Notes under the pieces: model-generated
Seen by the model: only the letters and a program-made list of their open reading frames with translations
Database searches by the model: none
Told to the model about the DNA's origin: nothing
Program-made: the position numbers and the translations under genes
Part shown: positions 23,916 to 37,201 of the stretch, piece by piece
Numbering within the stretch: position 1 is the stretch's first letter
How the letters are laid out: the number at the start of each line of letters is the position of its first letter
NCBI RefSeq assembly: GCF_001194135.2
Contig: NC_068982.1
Coordinates: 20,928,394 to 20,978,806 of the forward strand
Length of the DNA: 50,413 nucleotides
Origin: Octopus bimaculoides
Taxonomy: Eukaryota
Direction of reading: 5' to 3'

Positions 23916-24167
23916 GCATGCTAATGTAGCATACACTCGGGAATGGTGAACTTACGTAAATAAATTTGAAAGCAGTGTTGCACGATTCAGTATTGTATAC
24001 GAAGCGAACTAGATGATAAGATGAAAAACAGAAGGAAATCCATCTTATATAGTTTTCTTCAGCAAATAGAACTCTGGTCACTTGATCCTTCACAGACCAA
24101 AGCAAAATTTTAATCAGTTACTAAGTTTTCACAACTTAGTAACTAATTAACAACTAATACAGCTTGT

Positions 24168-24219
<52 letters not shown>

Positions 24220-24341
24220 CATGTATGTATGTATGTGTGTGTGCGTTTGTGTGTGTGTGTTTGTGTGTGTGGGTGTGTGTATGTGCGTATGTGTGTGTGT
24301 GTGTGTGTATGTGCGTATGTGTGTGTGTGTGTGTGTGTGTA
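24168..24341. repeat. (TA)n-(TG)n microsatellite
   Basis: Direct. Confidence 0.97.
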
Positions 24342-25473
24342 GTTATTAATATTTAATATTTCAAATATGACATTCTGCGTCTGCGTTAATTAGTAAGAAT
24401 GTTTCCAGTGATACTTGCTGCCCTCTATAATGCGTGCTCGGAGGACAAATAAATGATAATAATCAACCTTTCATCACAAGCTATATCTATTCTGAGTCTC
24501 TGGAAAATTGGTTTTAAAAGATTAGTAATGAAATATGAATTCTATTTGAGATATACATTAGAAAGCATTCTTATTTTCAATAACCAATGCGTTTGTAAAA
24601 ACAGATTCTCCTATACACACACATGTACATACAGTCACACGAACACATGTTATCCGAGAGTTTCTGGTACTGCAACAGAAGCAGTGTGCGCGGCCAGTTT
24701 TTGCACTATGGGAAATTCAATGAATATTAACGTAAAAATCAGAAAGAAGGCACAGATTTGAGATTACCGGATATTTCTCTAATAAATTGAGCATAGTTTA
24801 TGTCACTTGTTCTATGTTGTTTTCGAAGAAAATGTAAGCAATATTATCGCTGCAACGACGGTTCCGTCATTTGGCATATTATCATATTTTATCACAATAC
24901 TTTGTGTTGTTTTCCGATCGCCTGTCCCAATACATTAAAGAAAAGAAAACTGATATCCCAAACGGCCGATGTCATATTTACATTTAAAATTTACCGCAGC
25001 TCATACTCTTTATATAATTTTATTTCCAATATGCTTGTGGACGGAAATCGTTTATAGTGCACCCTCCCAAAGGCATTAATTATTTATCAAGTAAAACAAA
25101 TTCCTTCCATGACCAAAACATTTTTGGGGACGATCAGTACTGAATGATCATCAAGTTGTGTACCGGATTGGCCTGTTCTAAGTAATATATTCTAAACAGC
25201 AGCAGTATTTCAATCGCATATGTTATTGCGCTACACTGGTTTAACTTCATTTCTTTGTACTTCCAAAATATTTCTTTGAATGTTGGCAAATATACGTCGT
25301 TGCAAGAATGTCTAGGGAAAATATTACTGCGTCTGTCGTGATCGGTACACTTACGAATATTGGAACGCTGGTTCATGTAGTTACACGACCTGAAGGTACC
25401 ACTAGACATAGCTCCGTTTAATTCTGTTTTACAATGGAAAATATTACACAGAAAACTCACATATGCACTGTAT

Positions 25474-25504
<31 letters not shown>

Positions 25505-25588
25505 CCCACACACACACATATACATATATATATAAGTACATACAAATACAAGTATGTATGCGTGCATGCATGTATGTATGTACGTACA

Positions 25589-26600
25589 TCTTACTATAAT
25601 TGGCCTTATGTCCGTCCGTCCCGTTTGTCTATGACCTTTTGACGACCAAACGACCGGTCACACTTGCACGAAATTTAGCAGTCTTACTAGGGACGTCTCG
25701 AGAATGGTTCATATAATGTTTAAAAAAAATTATTGGAACTGCTTCGATTCGTACGAAACCAAGGAAGCCATTTCTTATACATAAATAGAAATACATAAAA
25801 GAAAATAATAATAAATTATACGGAAATCGGCCGCAGTAACAAAACAGAGACAAAATCCTAAAGGCGGTTATGACAGTCCAAGCAGTACTTTAAATTCTTC
25901 TATCATTATTATCTCTTAACAGTTCTGGGTCTTGATGTGTCGTGCGAAACAAAGTGTGTTAGAGACACACAGTGACACAGAGAGAGAGACACACACACAG
26001 AAAGACAGAGACAGAAAAACACTGAAACACAGGAACAGTGAAAAACACTGTGTGTGAGTGTGTGCGTATGTGTGTATGTGTGTGTGTATGCGTTTCTTTT
26101 AACCCCATCAACACATGTCTTCTACAACGATGTCAATTTGGTACAACAACCAGGACGAAAATAAATAGATAAAAACAGTAATGTTAATGACCATATGATT
26201 AACAAATTCCCAGGAGAAAGTCGACAATATCTAAGTCCGGACGCTATAATCGATGGAAATTATCACCAGTATCCACGGGATTTCCTTGACAACTTGAATC
26301 CGTCGGGACTACCTGTGCATAGGATCTCACTCAAAAAGTACTGTCCTATACAGCTCCTAGGAAATTTTTATTTTCACCTTGCCAATAGACATTGCAACAG
26401 AACAAGATACACCGTCACACAACTCAATTCTCACGTCATCGTGCTGGTGTCTTTGTGCCGAATCCGATGTTTACACACAGCCAGTTGTATATCGCTACGA
26501 GCAGAACAACAGACTCAGTTAATTCGAAAATTACTGTTGATCAAATACAAAAAAATCGTATGCAAGGAAGTTTTGTAAATAAAATATCATGAATATGTAC
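25589..26600 (+). mobile_element. Internally deleted Helitron: 5' terminus fused to the C-terminus of the Rep/PIF1 helicase
   Basis: A|TC 5' junction at 25588/25589 with a CCGTCCGTCC tract. ORFs at 26195-26592 give QYPRDFLDNLNPSGLPVHRISLKKYCPIQLL..HCNRTRY, PNPMFTHSQLYIATSR and the terminal IVCKEVL*, all PIF1-type Helitron helicase motifs. No CTAG end found before the gap. Confidence 0.88.
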
Positions 26601-26755
26601 TATGTAAGGCTGTACATAAGTATAAGCAAAAAACAAGCGTTATTTATATTTTGTTACATTCACCATGCCATATTTCAGTATAAATGCATTCATACTTACA
26701 GGTGTTATTATTTTCCACCCTCCTATCATTTACTATCGTAGATGGATAGGTTTGC

Positions 26756-26789
<34 letters not shown>

Positions 26790-28397
26790 NNNNNNNNNNN
26801 NNNNNNNNNNNNNNNNNNNNNNNNNNNNNNNNNNNNNNNNNNNNNNNNNNNNNNNNNNNNNNNNNNNNNNNNNNNNNNNNNNNNNNNNNNNNNNNNNNNN
26901 NNNNNNNNNNNNNNNNNNNNNNNNNNNNNNNNNNNNNNNNNNNNNNNNNNNNNNNNNNNNNNNNNNNNNNNNNNNNNNNNNNNNNNNNNNNNNNNNNNNN
27001 NNNNNNNNNNNNNNNNNNNNNNNNNNNNNNNNNNNNNNNNNNNNNNNNNNNNNNNNNNNNNNNNNNNNNNNNNNNNNNNNNNNNNNNNNNNNNNNNNNNN
27101 NNNNNNNNNNNNNNNNNNNNNNNNNNNNNNNNNNNNNNNNNNNNNNNNNNNNNNNNNNNNNNNNNNNNNNNNNNNNNNNNNNNNNNNNNNNNNNNNNNNN
27201 NNNNNNNNNNNNNNNNNNNNNNNNNNNNNNNNNNNNNNNNNNNNNNNNNNNNNNNNNNNNNNNNNNNNNNNNNNNNNNNNNTATATATATATATATATAT
27301 GTATATACATACATACATACATACATACATACGCGGATAACGACGTATAGGGGAAGGATATTCTGGTTATGTATACGATGAACTGGACCCAGCTGACTAT
27401 ATCATCAGCCCTAAGGATCATTTAGAAACCACACGTTGCACTAAACGTACGGTACATAATATAATCCGGATCCTCGCAAGGAGCAGGTCCCGCGTGAGGT
27501 GAATAATAAATAAATAAAAGACAACAGCTGGATAATATGTCAATCCATTTTTTATAGATTAATGGAGAATCTTGCATCATTAGAAATAAACGTTTCCATC
27601 AGGTGAATACATGAATCACAACATTCAAAAACACTTAAAGCTGTTGGCGCTTGAATGTTTTTCTATGCTGTGATTCGTGTATTTTCTGTTGTATTCTGCT
27701 CAGGAAACCGTTTTTTTTCTAATGTTGCAATTTCTTCATTAATGAATTAAAAACGTGTTGGAAACAGCTGTAGTGGATTGACACTTTACCCACTTGTTGT
27801 TTTATATATATATATATATGTATGTGTGTGCGTATAAAGAGAGAGAAAGTGAGAGAGAGAGAAAGATATGTATATGTATATATACATACACATATATGTG
27901 TGTGCATGCATGTATATACACATTCGTGTACGCATATATCCAGTACTATTCAAATATGTATATATAAGAAACAAACGCACACAAATACATCCTCTGAAGC
28001 CCACACGCAGAAGATATTTATAGATTCACAACCTGAAATATTAATAAATAACACATCATTATATTTATACCTTCCCTATTTCTATTGGTAATATATATAT
28101 ANNNNNNNNNNNNNNNNNNNNNNNNNNNNNNNNNNNNNNNNNNNNNNNNNNNNNNNNNNNNNNNNNNNNNNNNNNNNNNNNNNNNNNNNNNNNNNNNNNN
28201 NNNNNNNNNNNNNNNNNNNNNNNNNNNNNNNNNNNNNNNNNNNNNNNNNNNNNNNNNNNNNNNNNNNNNNNNNNNNNNNNNNNNNNNTATATATATATAT
28301 ATAGAATGTAAATATGAGTACATGCACGTTTATAAATTAGTGCGGGAAAATATGTTCATATAAGCCAGACACAGTCTCGCCCACACACACGCACTCT

Positions 28398-28440
<43 letters not shown>

Positions 28441-29339
28441 ACACACACATGTACACAGAGAGAGAGAGGTAGAGAAAGAAAAATCAGAGAGGCAAAGAGA
28501 AAGATAGAAAGAGATTTAAATATAAGCTGTGTTAGATCGCTTTTCAATTATATATTACTTCAGTGTGTGATTTATAAATATTTGCGTCATACGCACTCAC
28601 ACAGAAGTCTTTATATACACTCTAATAAACATACACAAGGACACATCTATTCATAAATGGATTTTAAAATGGATTTTGTGTAAATCTTCGTAAAGTTAAT
28701 GACATTTCCTAAATTTCCTTAATGTTTCCACATTTTAAAATCAATGAGAAATGATATACATTTCTATAACCATTTACTTCCATTAAGTCGCAACATCCAA
28801 TTTGATTGCTTTACAGGATTGTTGCATGTACATTGTTTTACAATGTGCATGCAATATTCCCATTTGTTTATTTTCCTTAATAATGAATATGTTCTACTAT
28901 ATATAATTTGCAAAAATATGGCGCAAATTAACAAAGATCGTTAATTATATGATGAATAACTTTCTTTAATCACTGTTCCATTTTCTTTTCCGATGGAAAT
29001 ATTTTGAAATCTTAAAGCACAGTTTAATTAGACACTTATACATGTTATACCGAATGAGGACTCTTTTTCTCTCTCGTCATCTCATTATATATGTGTGTGT
29101 GTGTTTATGTATATAAATGTGTGTGCCTGTGTGTGTATGTATTAATATAAACCTACATATATGTATGTTTCTGTGTATACATATCTACTTACGTACACAC
29201 ATATGCGCACACACATTCACACACACATACACATAACGAGAGAATCGCTGAAAAGATATAAAACCGGTAAATAATTGATTATCCAATATTCTAATTTTTA
29301 TCTTAAAATATGAAACCTGTACACCACTTCAAAAATCTA

Positions 29340-29665
29340 TAAATACAAACACACACGCACAAACACACACACACACACACACATGCACACATACACGCAC
29401 ACGCCCGCACACACACATATATATGTATATAAACACACACATAGACATACATATATATGTATGTGTCTCTGTAAGCATATATATACATGTATACGTGCAT
29501 ATATGCATGCATATATACATACATACATACATACATACATAGATACATATATACTGAGAGAGAGAGAGAGAGAGAGAGTGAGACAGACAGACAGACAGGC
29601 AAACAGACAGACAGACAGGCAGACAGACATATATGTGTGTATTATTGCATGAATGCATGTATGTA
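29340..29665. repeat. (CA)/(TA)/(TACA)/(GA)/(GACA) compound microsatellite
   Basis: Direct. Similar arrays at 16910-16980, 21808-21860, 25463-25588, 27800-27970, 28380-28510, 39750-39850, 46620-46790, 47780-47900. Confidence 0.96.
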
Positions 29666-30461
29666 CTTAAATAAAAAGCATATCCCTTGATGTACGAAAA
29701 ATGTGATAATAAAACAGTACAAACCTATATTTCAGGTCCATGTATAACACACTGTATTTTTTTTATGTGTGTGTGTGTCGACAGCCTAGGTGTGTATTTC
29801 ATTGCATCTATCACAAAATCCATGATTTTCTTTTGATCCGTAAATTTCAGTAGAAATTTTAATACCTCGATGCACAAAAGTCCTATCATTACAGTCTGAC
29901 AGAGTAATTACGTCCTCCAGAATTTCTGTTTGTGTTCCCTTTTTTTTTTTTCAAGAATATACCGTTGTAAATTCTGATACGTGAATGCTGGTCATTCATT
30001 TGAATTTCGAAACAATAATGGAACATTTTTCAAGTTGATATTTTATTGGGTAAGGTCTCAATATATGTCTAAAATCGAATAATTATTGTTTCTTGCTTGG
30101 GGTCATGTGATAGTCGTTCAATAATTAATGGCTGCTTAAACAATAAATGACATATAAAGCATAAAAACATGCATTCTCTGTGAAATTTTTGATGAATCCA
30201 TTATATTACACGCTGCTCATATACAATCATGAAATTATATTAATATTTGATACGTTATTATACTTTTTCCATTGGTTTAATACTTTCAATTAATCTAGTC
30301 GATTTGCTTTATTGATCGCATTCAAAATTTTAGCAAAAGTTTATATTTGTAGCCCTGTAACTATTCAGCAACTTTTTGAATGCGTATATTTTATCAATCC
30401 TTCAGTCGAACGAAATCCCCATTGGAATCAATTCATATATAGTTGAATATCTGAAGCAAAA

Positions 30462-30683
30462 TAAGGCGCTGATCTGGCAGAAACGTTAGCACGCCGGGCG
30501 AAATGTTTATCGGTATTTCGACTGCGCTTAGGTTCTGAGTTCAAATTCCGCCGAGGTCGACTATGCCTTTCATCCTTTCGAGATCAATTAATTAAGTACC
30601 AGTTGCGTATTGAGGTCGATATAATCGTCTGCCCCCACACTCCAAAGACTTCGGGCCTTGTGTCTGGAGTAGAAAAGATTATT
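30462..30683 (+). mobile_element. SINE family 1, full length
   Basis: TAAGGCGCTGATCTGGCAGAAACGTTAGCACGCCGGGCG...GTTCAAATTCCGCCGAGGTCGAC...GGGCCTTGTGTCTGGAGTAGAAAAGATTATT. Confidence 0.93.
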
Positions 30684-32371
30684 TGTTGCATCACAAGAAA
30701 CACCTAGTTCATTATAATGAAGCACGATTTTATTGCATTGTGGATATGAGATATACTGTAAGGTTATGTCAAATGTAATATTTTTCTGGAAAATAAATGT
30801 TCTTTTACAACATTCTTGAATCTTGAGGGACAGTCTATTATATTACTATTGGAGAGAAAACAAGCACTCTCAGATGTTAAGACTCAATGTTTAGGCACTG
30901 CTATCTAGCAAGGAATGTCTTTTATGCAGTGTTTATCATGACCTGTTGGATTATATGCAACCTAGGAGCTGACGAAATTATTCCTTCTATAAATAATGGC
31001 TCATTATTTTAAACAGTTTCCCTTTAAGCATTCAATATTTGAAAAAATATGTTTCATATCATTCAGAAGTTTTTGCTCCCTTTGTATCAAGCCAAGAAAT
31101 GAAGCTGATGTGTTCCGTAAATATTGTTAAAGAATCCTTTACAAATTGCCTTAATACCATTCTTAGGTGATGGAATTTCAATCTGACTTGCTTTCTACAA
31201 CAATTATGTTCTTTTCATAATTTTCCTAAGCCTTATACGAAACTCTTCATTGCCGTATAATTCTTCACTTTGCAATATTTCTGTGAAAATTAATTCCGAA
31301 ATAAAGCTTGCTTTCTGGAACAGACGAACTGAATTCCAAGGTCTCTTACGTCATGACAATCGTGCTCTTTATGAGAGTATCATTTCATTTTTTTCAATAT
31401 GATACAGAGTATGATGATGAATAAGTTATACGGAAAGCAAGAGTCGTCCTTAAACCAAGAAGTCTTTAAACCAAGCGTAATTCTAATCTGTGCTATCGCT
31501 TTTTTCCTGGAGTTCACATTTGTGGCAAAGAGATTAAATTTCGTAAAAAATAATTACTGTATTTGGCTGATGTCACTTGTTTTACATTGAATGCTTTTAA
31601 CAGTCACCTGATAAAAAGTATTCACGAGATATCATCAACAACCTGAACCAACAATCATTCGAATTCCCAACAATCATCTTTTGTAAGAGCCTTGTGGAAA
31701 TTCGTCTGATTTATAAAATTGGATAATCAGTCAGATGCATCAACCTAATGAGCCATGAATGATGCACGCAATTCTTAACGCATCTTTAATTGCTCCTTCC
31801 CTGAACGAGGTATGCAGGTAGCTCTACTGAGAATATATTACCATATGTTCTCTTTCTTCCTTTGTTCATCTACACAACTATTTCAGTCCCAATAAATCAT
31901 CCCTAACTAATCAATGTATAATTAGTACAAATACTATTCCAGTATAAACCATGTAAGTGATATCAAGATTATAATAACACTGAATGTATGCCCTGATATC
32001 TATCTAGCTTATGTATATTATTACAGATTTCGCAGGCTAAATATGTCGTTCAAAAGTGAAACAAAGGAATCTCTGTTAGTCATCACGAATATCTACTCAA
32101 TTCCTTTTCACTTGTCATCCCAGCTTCCGCTTTCTATTCTTGTGCATCTTCTACAATCCCACGCTTTTATTTCCCACCCAATCAACACCTATTCTGTTGA
32201 ACCCCCATCATCTTCCCCACATTTTGCCCTTTTCTAATCCCCCTCAGCAAGATTCTCCGACTCCCCCACCGTAACATTTTTACTCTAATTCTTGACTAGC
32301 CTCTTCTTGATGCTGAGCGATCCCATATTTCTATAGGCTGATGTTTTAGACCTTAAACACACATCAAAGTG

Positions 32372-32534
32372 ATTGGTTGCTTTTTAGTCTGTCACTATTA
32401 CTCACCACGCCACATCTGACGTCACGCGTTTTCTCTGTCTGCAGCTATTTTCCCTCTGCATGATTTACCTCCGCTATTAATCACTGGACTTTATATATTT
32501 ACCAAATAAAGAGGCTCTCCAAGCCTGTAATAAA
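32372..32534 (+). promoter_or_regulatory. Cluster of reverse CCAAT, CRE palindrome, TATA-like box and two AATAAA (LTR/pseudo-LTR-like layout)
   Basis: ATTGG 32372-32376, TGACGTCA 32417-32424, TATATAT 32492-32498, AATAAA 32505 and 32529. Motif co-occurrence only. Confidence 0.25.
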
Positions 32535-33264
32535 CGTTTTCAAAACACTTTATACTCCATTTGCTCTACATCTACATTTACTTGCTTTCTTTCTTCAGCT
32601 TCTACCTTCACGGACATTACAGCTGTAATACTACCTTTATATATANNNNNNNNNNNNNNNNNNNNNNNNNNNNNNNNNNNNNNNNNNNNNNNNNNNNNNN
32701 NNNNNNNNNNNNNNNNNNNNNNNNNNNNNNNNNNNNNNNNNNNNNNNNNNNNNNNNNNNNNNNNNNNNNNNNNNNNNNNNNNNNNNNNNNNNNNNNNNNN
32801 NNNNNNNNNNNNNNNNNNNNNNNNNNNNNNNNNNNNNNNNNNNNNNNNNNNNNNNNNNNNNNNNNNNNNNNNNNNNNNNNNNNNNNNNNNNNNNNNNNNN
32901 NNNNNNNNNNNNNNNNNNNNNNNNNNNNNNNNNNNNNNNNNNNNNNNNNNNNNNNNNNNNNNNNNNNNNNNNNNNNNNNNNNNNNNNNNNNNNNNNNNNN
33001 NNNNNNNNNNNNNNNNNNNNNNNNNNNNNNNNNNNNNNNNNNNNNNNNNNNNNNNNNNNNNNNNNNNNNNNNNNNNNNNNNNNNNNNNNNNNNNNNNNNN
33101 NNNNNNNNNNNNNNNNNNNNNNNNNNNNNNNNNNNNNNNNNNNNNNNNNNNNNNNNNNNNNNNNNNNNNNNNNNNNNNNNNNNNNNNNNNNNNNNNNNNN
33201 NNNNNNNNNNNNNNNNNNNNNNNNNNNNNNNNNNNNNNNNNNNNNNNNNNNNNNNNNNNNNNNN

Positions 33265-33295
<31 letters not shown>

Positions 33296-33319
33296 TTTCA
33301 TTTTTACAGTCTTGAGGCT

Positions 33320-34200
33320 GCAGTCATACAGCAGTGGCACCGTGGTTTTGCTGATTTCCCCCGGGTGAGGGGTTTCATATAACCACTCCTGCATATACCT
33401 TTCTTTGATTCCGCTGCGTTGGTTTGTACCCCATGCTAGGCCGTTGGTTCATCCATTATTATGAAGAGAAGGATGTTTACTTTTTTGATGACATTTGCAT
33501 CTGAATAATGTAGATTTCTTAATTTTTCTGCCAGTGTAACGAAGAGGTGTGAGTCTTTCAATCCTATGCTATTGCCGTGCCTGTTCATCAATTTCGACGG
33601 TACAATAAAATGTGGTACAATACAATACAATGGCGTCCACTTCTTGCATTTGAAGTTAGGTACTAGGCCTTGTTGAGTTGTCTTTGTGCATGTTATTACT
33701 TATCAGTCGGACCTTCGCTCCAGGGAGTAAAGTCACAGTTTTGTCACCCTCGCCCTGTAGCTCATCTGCTGCATTGTTACAATCTTTTTAGTCTAGTGGC
33801 GTTGGAATACCCGAGGTTCCGCTGTTAGTTTGGCACTATGTGGTAACCATAGCCGAGAGCAGTAATCCAGCCCTCCACAGGGTCAATACAACTTCCTTTC
33901 AATCGTATGTACTTCGTTGCCATCTTGGTAATATTCACATGAAATGATACATCATTGCACATACTGGCTTCCAAGTTTTCCACTGTCAGTGACTTTGGGA
34001 TTGCAATGACTTCAGGTCCTGCATATGCAAGTTGCAGTACGTTCTGAAGTTAATAGTGCAGTGCTTGAAACTTTCCATCATTAAACTGCACGTTGTTTAC
34101 TTCAGCCGACTCGTATATTGTATTCAGGTCCCGCTGTAAGTTTGTGAGTCATCTGGACATTTTATAGCTTGTGTAAATTTGGTAGTGGGTAGCGATTTTC
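33320..34200 (-). mobile_element. CR1-type LINE relic, second family (RT end and 3' region)
   Basis: TKFTQAIKCPDDSQ..QRDLNTIYESAEVNNVQFNDGKFQALHY, RLDYCSRLWLPH, GRHCIV..GNSIGLKDSHLF..LRNLH..DEPT. Confidence 0.85.
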
Positions 34201-34201
34201 T

Positions 34202-34420
34202 TTCCTGCTTCAGGGAGTGACGACCCTGCCTTACACGAGTCCCGGGCTCAACTGGCTCCGGCTGACAGTACCCGGTATGGGCCCCTACCCAGGGTTACGG
34301 AAATGAGACAACCTTCAAAGAAATCCGGAGTGGAACCCCGTAGGCAGTTTAGTGTTCGACTCGACACTCTTCCGGCAGCTCCTGCAACCAAGCTGGTGCC
34401 AAACGTAATGCTCTGCACTC
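34202..34420 (+). mobile_element. RTE (BovB-like) 5' UTR fragment
   Basis: GC-rich; AAATCCGGAGTGGAACCCCGTAGGC and CTTCCGGCAGCTCCTGCAACCAAGCTGGTGCCAAACGTA match my recollection of RTE 5' regions; no ORF present. Confidence 0.55.
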
Positions 34421-35614
34421 CATATATATATTCGTCTACATAAAAAAAAAATATTTACAGTGTTGGTTTGTTGTATGTTCAAGCAAGTCGCACACACACT
34501 CCAGCAGCATACATTTAGCTCTGCTCACATTTATGTTTTTATATTGTCTCTGTTTTTTTGTTTCCTTTTGCTTTTATCACACCGAATCGCAGCTCCCATT
34601 CGGGTTAATCTGAATAGCTTTTTGATTGGGAAATATTCTGAATATCGCTGTGTAACTGTTGAGCAGTATCCCTCTCAAGTTACGAGATTGACGAAGTGAT
34701 GCTAAAATATATATCCTGTCGCTTACTGTGCACGCTGCTACAGGATACCTTCAACTCTTTAACTCTGAAATCGTCGAATATCTTAAAATATCTTTTCTAT
34801 TTTTTTTATCAAATTATTCGAAGAAAGATATAATATACATAAACACACGTATATATCTCTGTCTGTACGTGCATGTATGCTGGTATAAAATAAACATATG
34901 TGCATGTGTACGTAAGTGTGTGTGTATGTGTGTGTGTTTTGTGCCAGCGTCTATCTATATCATTTAGAAGATGTATATTTTATGAATTTAATAATTTGTA
35001 GGTCATTTACAATGAGTCATTCTGCAAAGGGATGTTCCCATGAAAATCAGCTCTATTTGATAAATAGAAAACTATTATGTATCAAAAAGGTACGATTATA
35101 TCTCTATAAATCAAGCTAATCTATATCATCATAGAAAATTACATTTTCATTTTGACATATATTGTGAAGAATATACGTGAAAAGAAAATAATAGAAAATT
35201 ATACTGGATAATAATGAAAGGAAATAAACAGAAATAAAAGACGTAAAAGTATGTTTCGAACCTAATGAACAAGTACCCGTCGGTCCTTATCAGAAACAGT
35301 TTCTTTCTAATTTTGAACAGCAATTTTGTGTATGAAAACGATGTTCTACTTCATAGCATTGTGTCACTCCAAAAGGGAGGGCCCTGACGTGATGTGTTAA
35401 AGTTCTTCTATATTGTATACAAATCATCTCTTACTAATTGGAAGATTGTTAAACTGACACCCTAGTGTCAGAAACGATTGCACTGTATTTTTATTCTATG
35501 TTATGCTGAACGATAAGTCATCTATAGAAAATGCACTTGGTTTGAAAAGATGATCGGACCCAATGAAAGACAGAAGCTTTTAGGCGTCATGGTAGTTTTT
35601 TATGCCCTTATCTG

Positions 35615-35653
<39 letters not shown>

Positions 35654-37127
35654 NNNNNNNNNNNNNNNNNNNNNNNNNNNNNNNNNNNNNNNNNNNNNNN
35701 NNNNNNNNNNNNNNNNNNNNNNNNNNNNNNNNNNNNNNNNNNNNNNNNNNNNNNNNNNNNNNNNNNNNNNNNNNNNNNNNNNNNNNNNNNNNNNNNNNNN
35801 NNNNNNNNNNNNNNNNNNNNNNNNNNNNNNNNNNNNNNNNNNNNNNNNNNNNNNNNTATATATATATATATATATATGGATGAATCTGTATATGTATGTT
35901 GCCTGTATGTATTCACCCTTTCTACATAGGTCATATGAGAATTTGATTTCAATTCTTGTCAGAGAAAAATACTGAACACTAATATCTACAGTGTGAACAT
36001 GATTCTATGAGAAATAACGGATTATATATTTACTTTCTTTTTTTCTTTTCTATTCTTCAATTCAATTGACCCTCAAAATGGAATATACGTTATATTTGTT
36101 CTGCATTATAAGATCATGGGTTAGTGACCACCATTGTGTTATTTTGACATATTCATGAACATTTCTCAAGATAATAAAATGTATTGTGGATAATTCAGTT
36201 GACCGTCTACTAGAAAATTGATGGAAAGTTTTTCTTATCATTTCCTTATTTTTTAAATATATTGAAAGCTGTAATATAGGTCCCTATATGTCCTGTTTTT
36301 AATTCTATTTATCCACGTGATTTGTTGTTGCTTATCGAGTAATCGATATATGAAAAGTATAGCGGTTTTCAGCAAGCACTGTAATTTCTTTGTCATGATT
36401 ATATATTCTATATATTTATAAAACTGAAAAGCAATCTTAACTCTAACAGTAACGACTTTCCAAATAAATATTTCATATAATTGATCTTCATTGTGTCCCA
36501 AGCTACTTCTCAAGTTTCTTCAGTATTATACTTATTATACAAATATGTACATCCAAACAATCTAACAACTACTATAAATTACAAGATATAAATCAGTTTA
36601 GGTATCTTAAAACAGAGTTATAAAAGACTTGAAGTGTTTGTATTCCTGGAAGTATAACTGCATTACCTATCATATAACAACACTTGAATCCGTTAATTTT
36701 ACAATCAGTGCTAACTATGTTAACATAATATTTAGTTGTATAATATATAATAATCAGATTGAAACAGAAAAAAATGAGAAAGCACCGTCCTCAAATTTAA
36801 TAATCATTATTGAAATTCAAGTTGAACAAATGTGTTATACTGTGTTTCAATATAATTACTTGAAAGTAATTTATACACTAAAATTGAAGTTGACTGCAAT
36901 TCTCTTTTAACATATCAATTCATAAAGCAATTTTATGTTATTATGTAATAATTATACTTAAATAAGAAGATAATTAAATGTAGGAAATACAAATATAATG
37001 AGTGTATTATTATGTTATAGTTCACTTGCATGAAAAGTTAATAATAGCTTTTCATGAATTTCAGTTATCAAATCTGTATTAAAAATAAATAATTCGCATT
37101 GAATGGTGTTTGATTGTACCTATTTCT

Positions 37128-37201
37128 TTTCTTTTTTTTTTTTTTTTTTTTTTTTTGGTTTGTTGCGGGTGCAGTAATTTATTGTACAATAACATTTATT
37201 T
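37128..37201 (-). other. Poly(A)-like tract with AATAAA about 21 nt upstream (minus strand)
   Basis: T-run 37128-37156 and TTTATT at 37178-37183 (a second at about 37195-37200). Confidence 0.5.

Larger units (their letters stand above)
23442..25170 (+). repeat. 27-bp perfect direct repeat pair (23442-23468 and 25144-25170)
   Basis: ATGATCATCAAGTTGTGTACCGGATTG at both positions. Confidence 0.97.

Noticed and set aside
26644-27421. ORFs of 200-350 aa spanning N-runs (also 1453-2283, 14732-15772, 28018-28363, 32540-33394, 35550-35975)
   Set aside because: Open only because N codons contain no stops.
27588-27610. CCTGATGGAAACGTT on the minus strand
   Set aside because: No stem II between the boxes and no stem I partner; probably chance.
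29955-30049. Segment with a strong acceptor and a GTAAGG donor
   Set aside because: Stops in all three frames; at best a non-coding exon, with no support.
32063-32276. TGTTAG...TAACA bounded segment as a solo LTR
   Set aside because: Flanks (TCTC / TTTT) give no target-site duplication.
34212-34300. HDV-like ribozyme in the RTE-like 5' region
   Set aside because: A 7-bp P1-like pairing exists, but P1.1 GG and a contiguous P3-P1 junction are missing; it folds as a simple nested hairpin.
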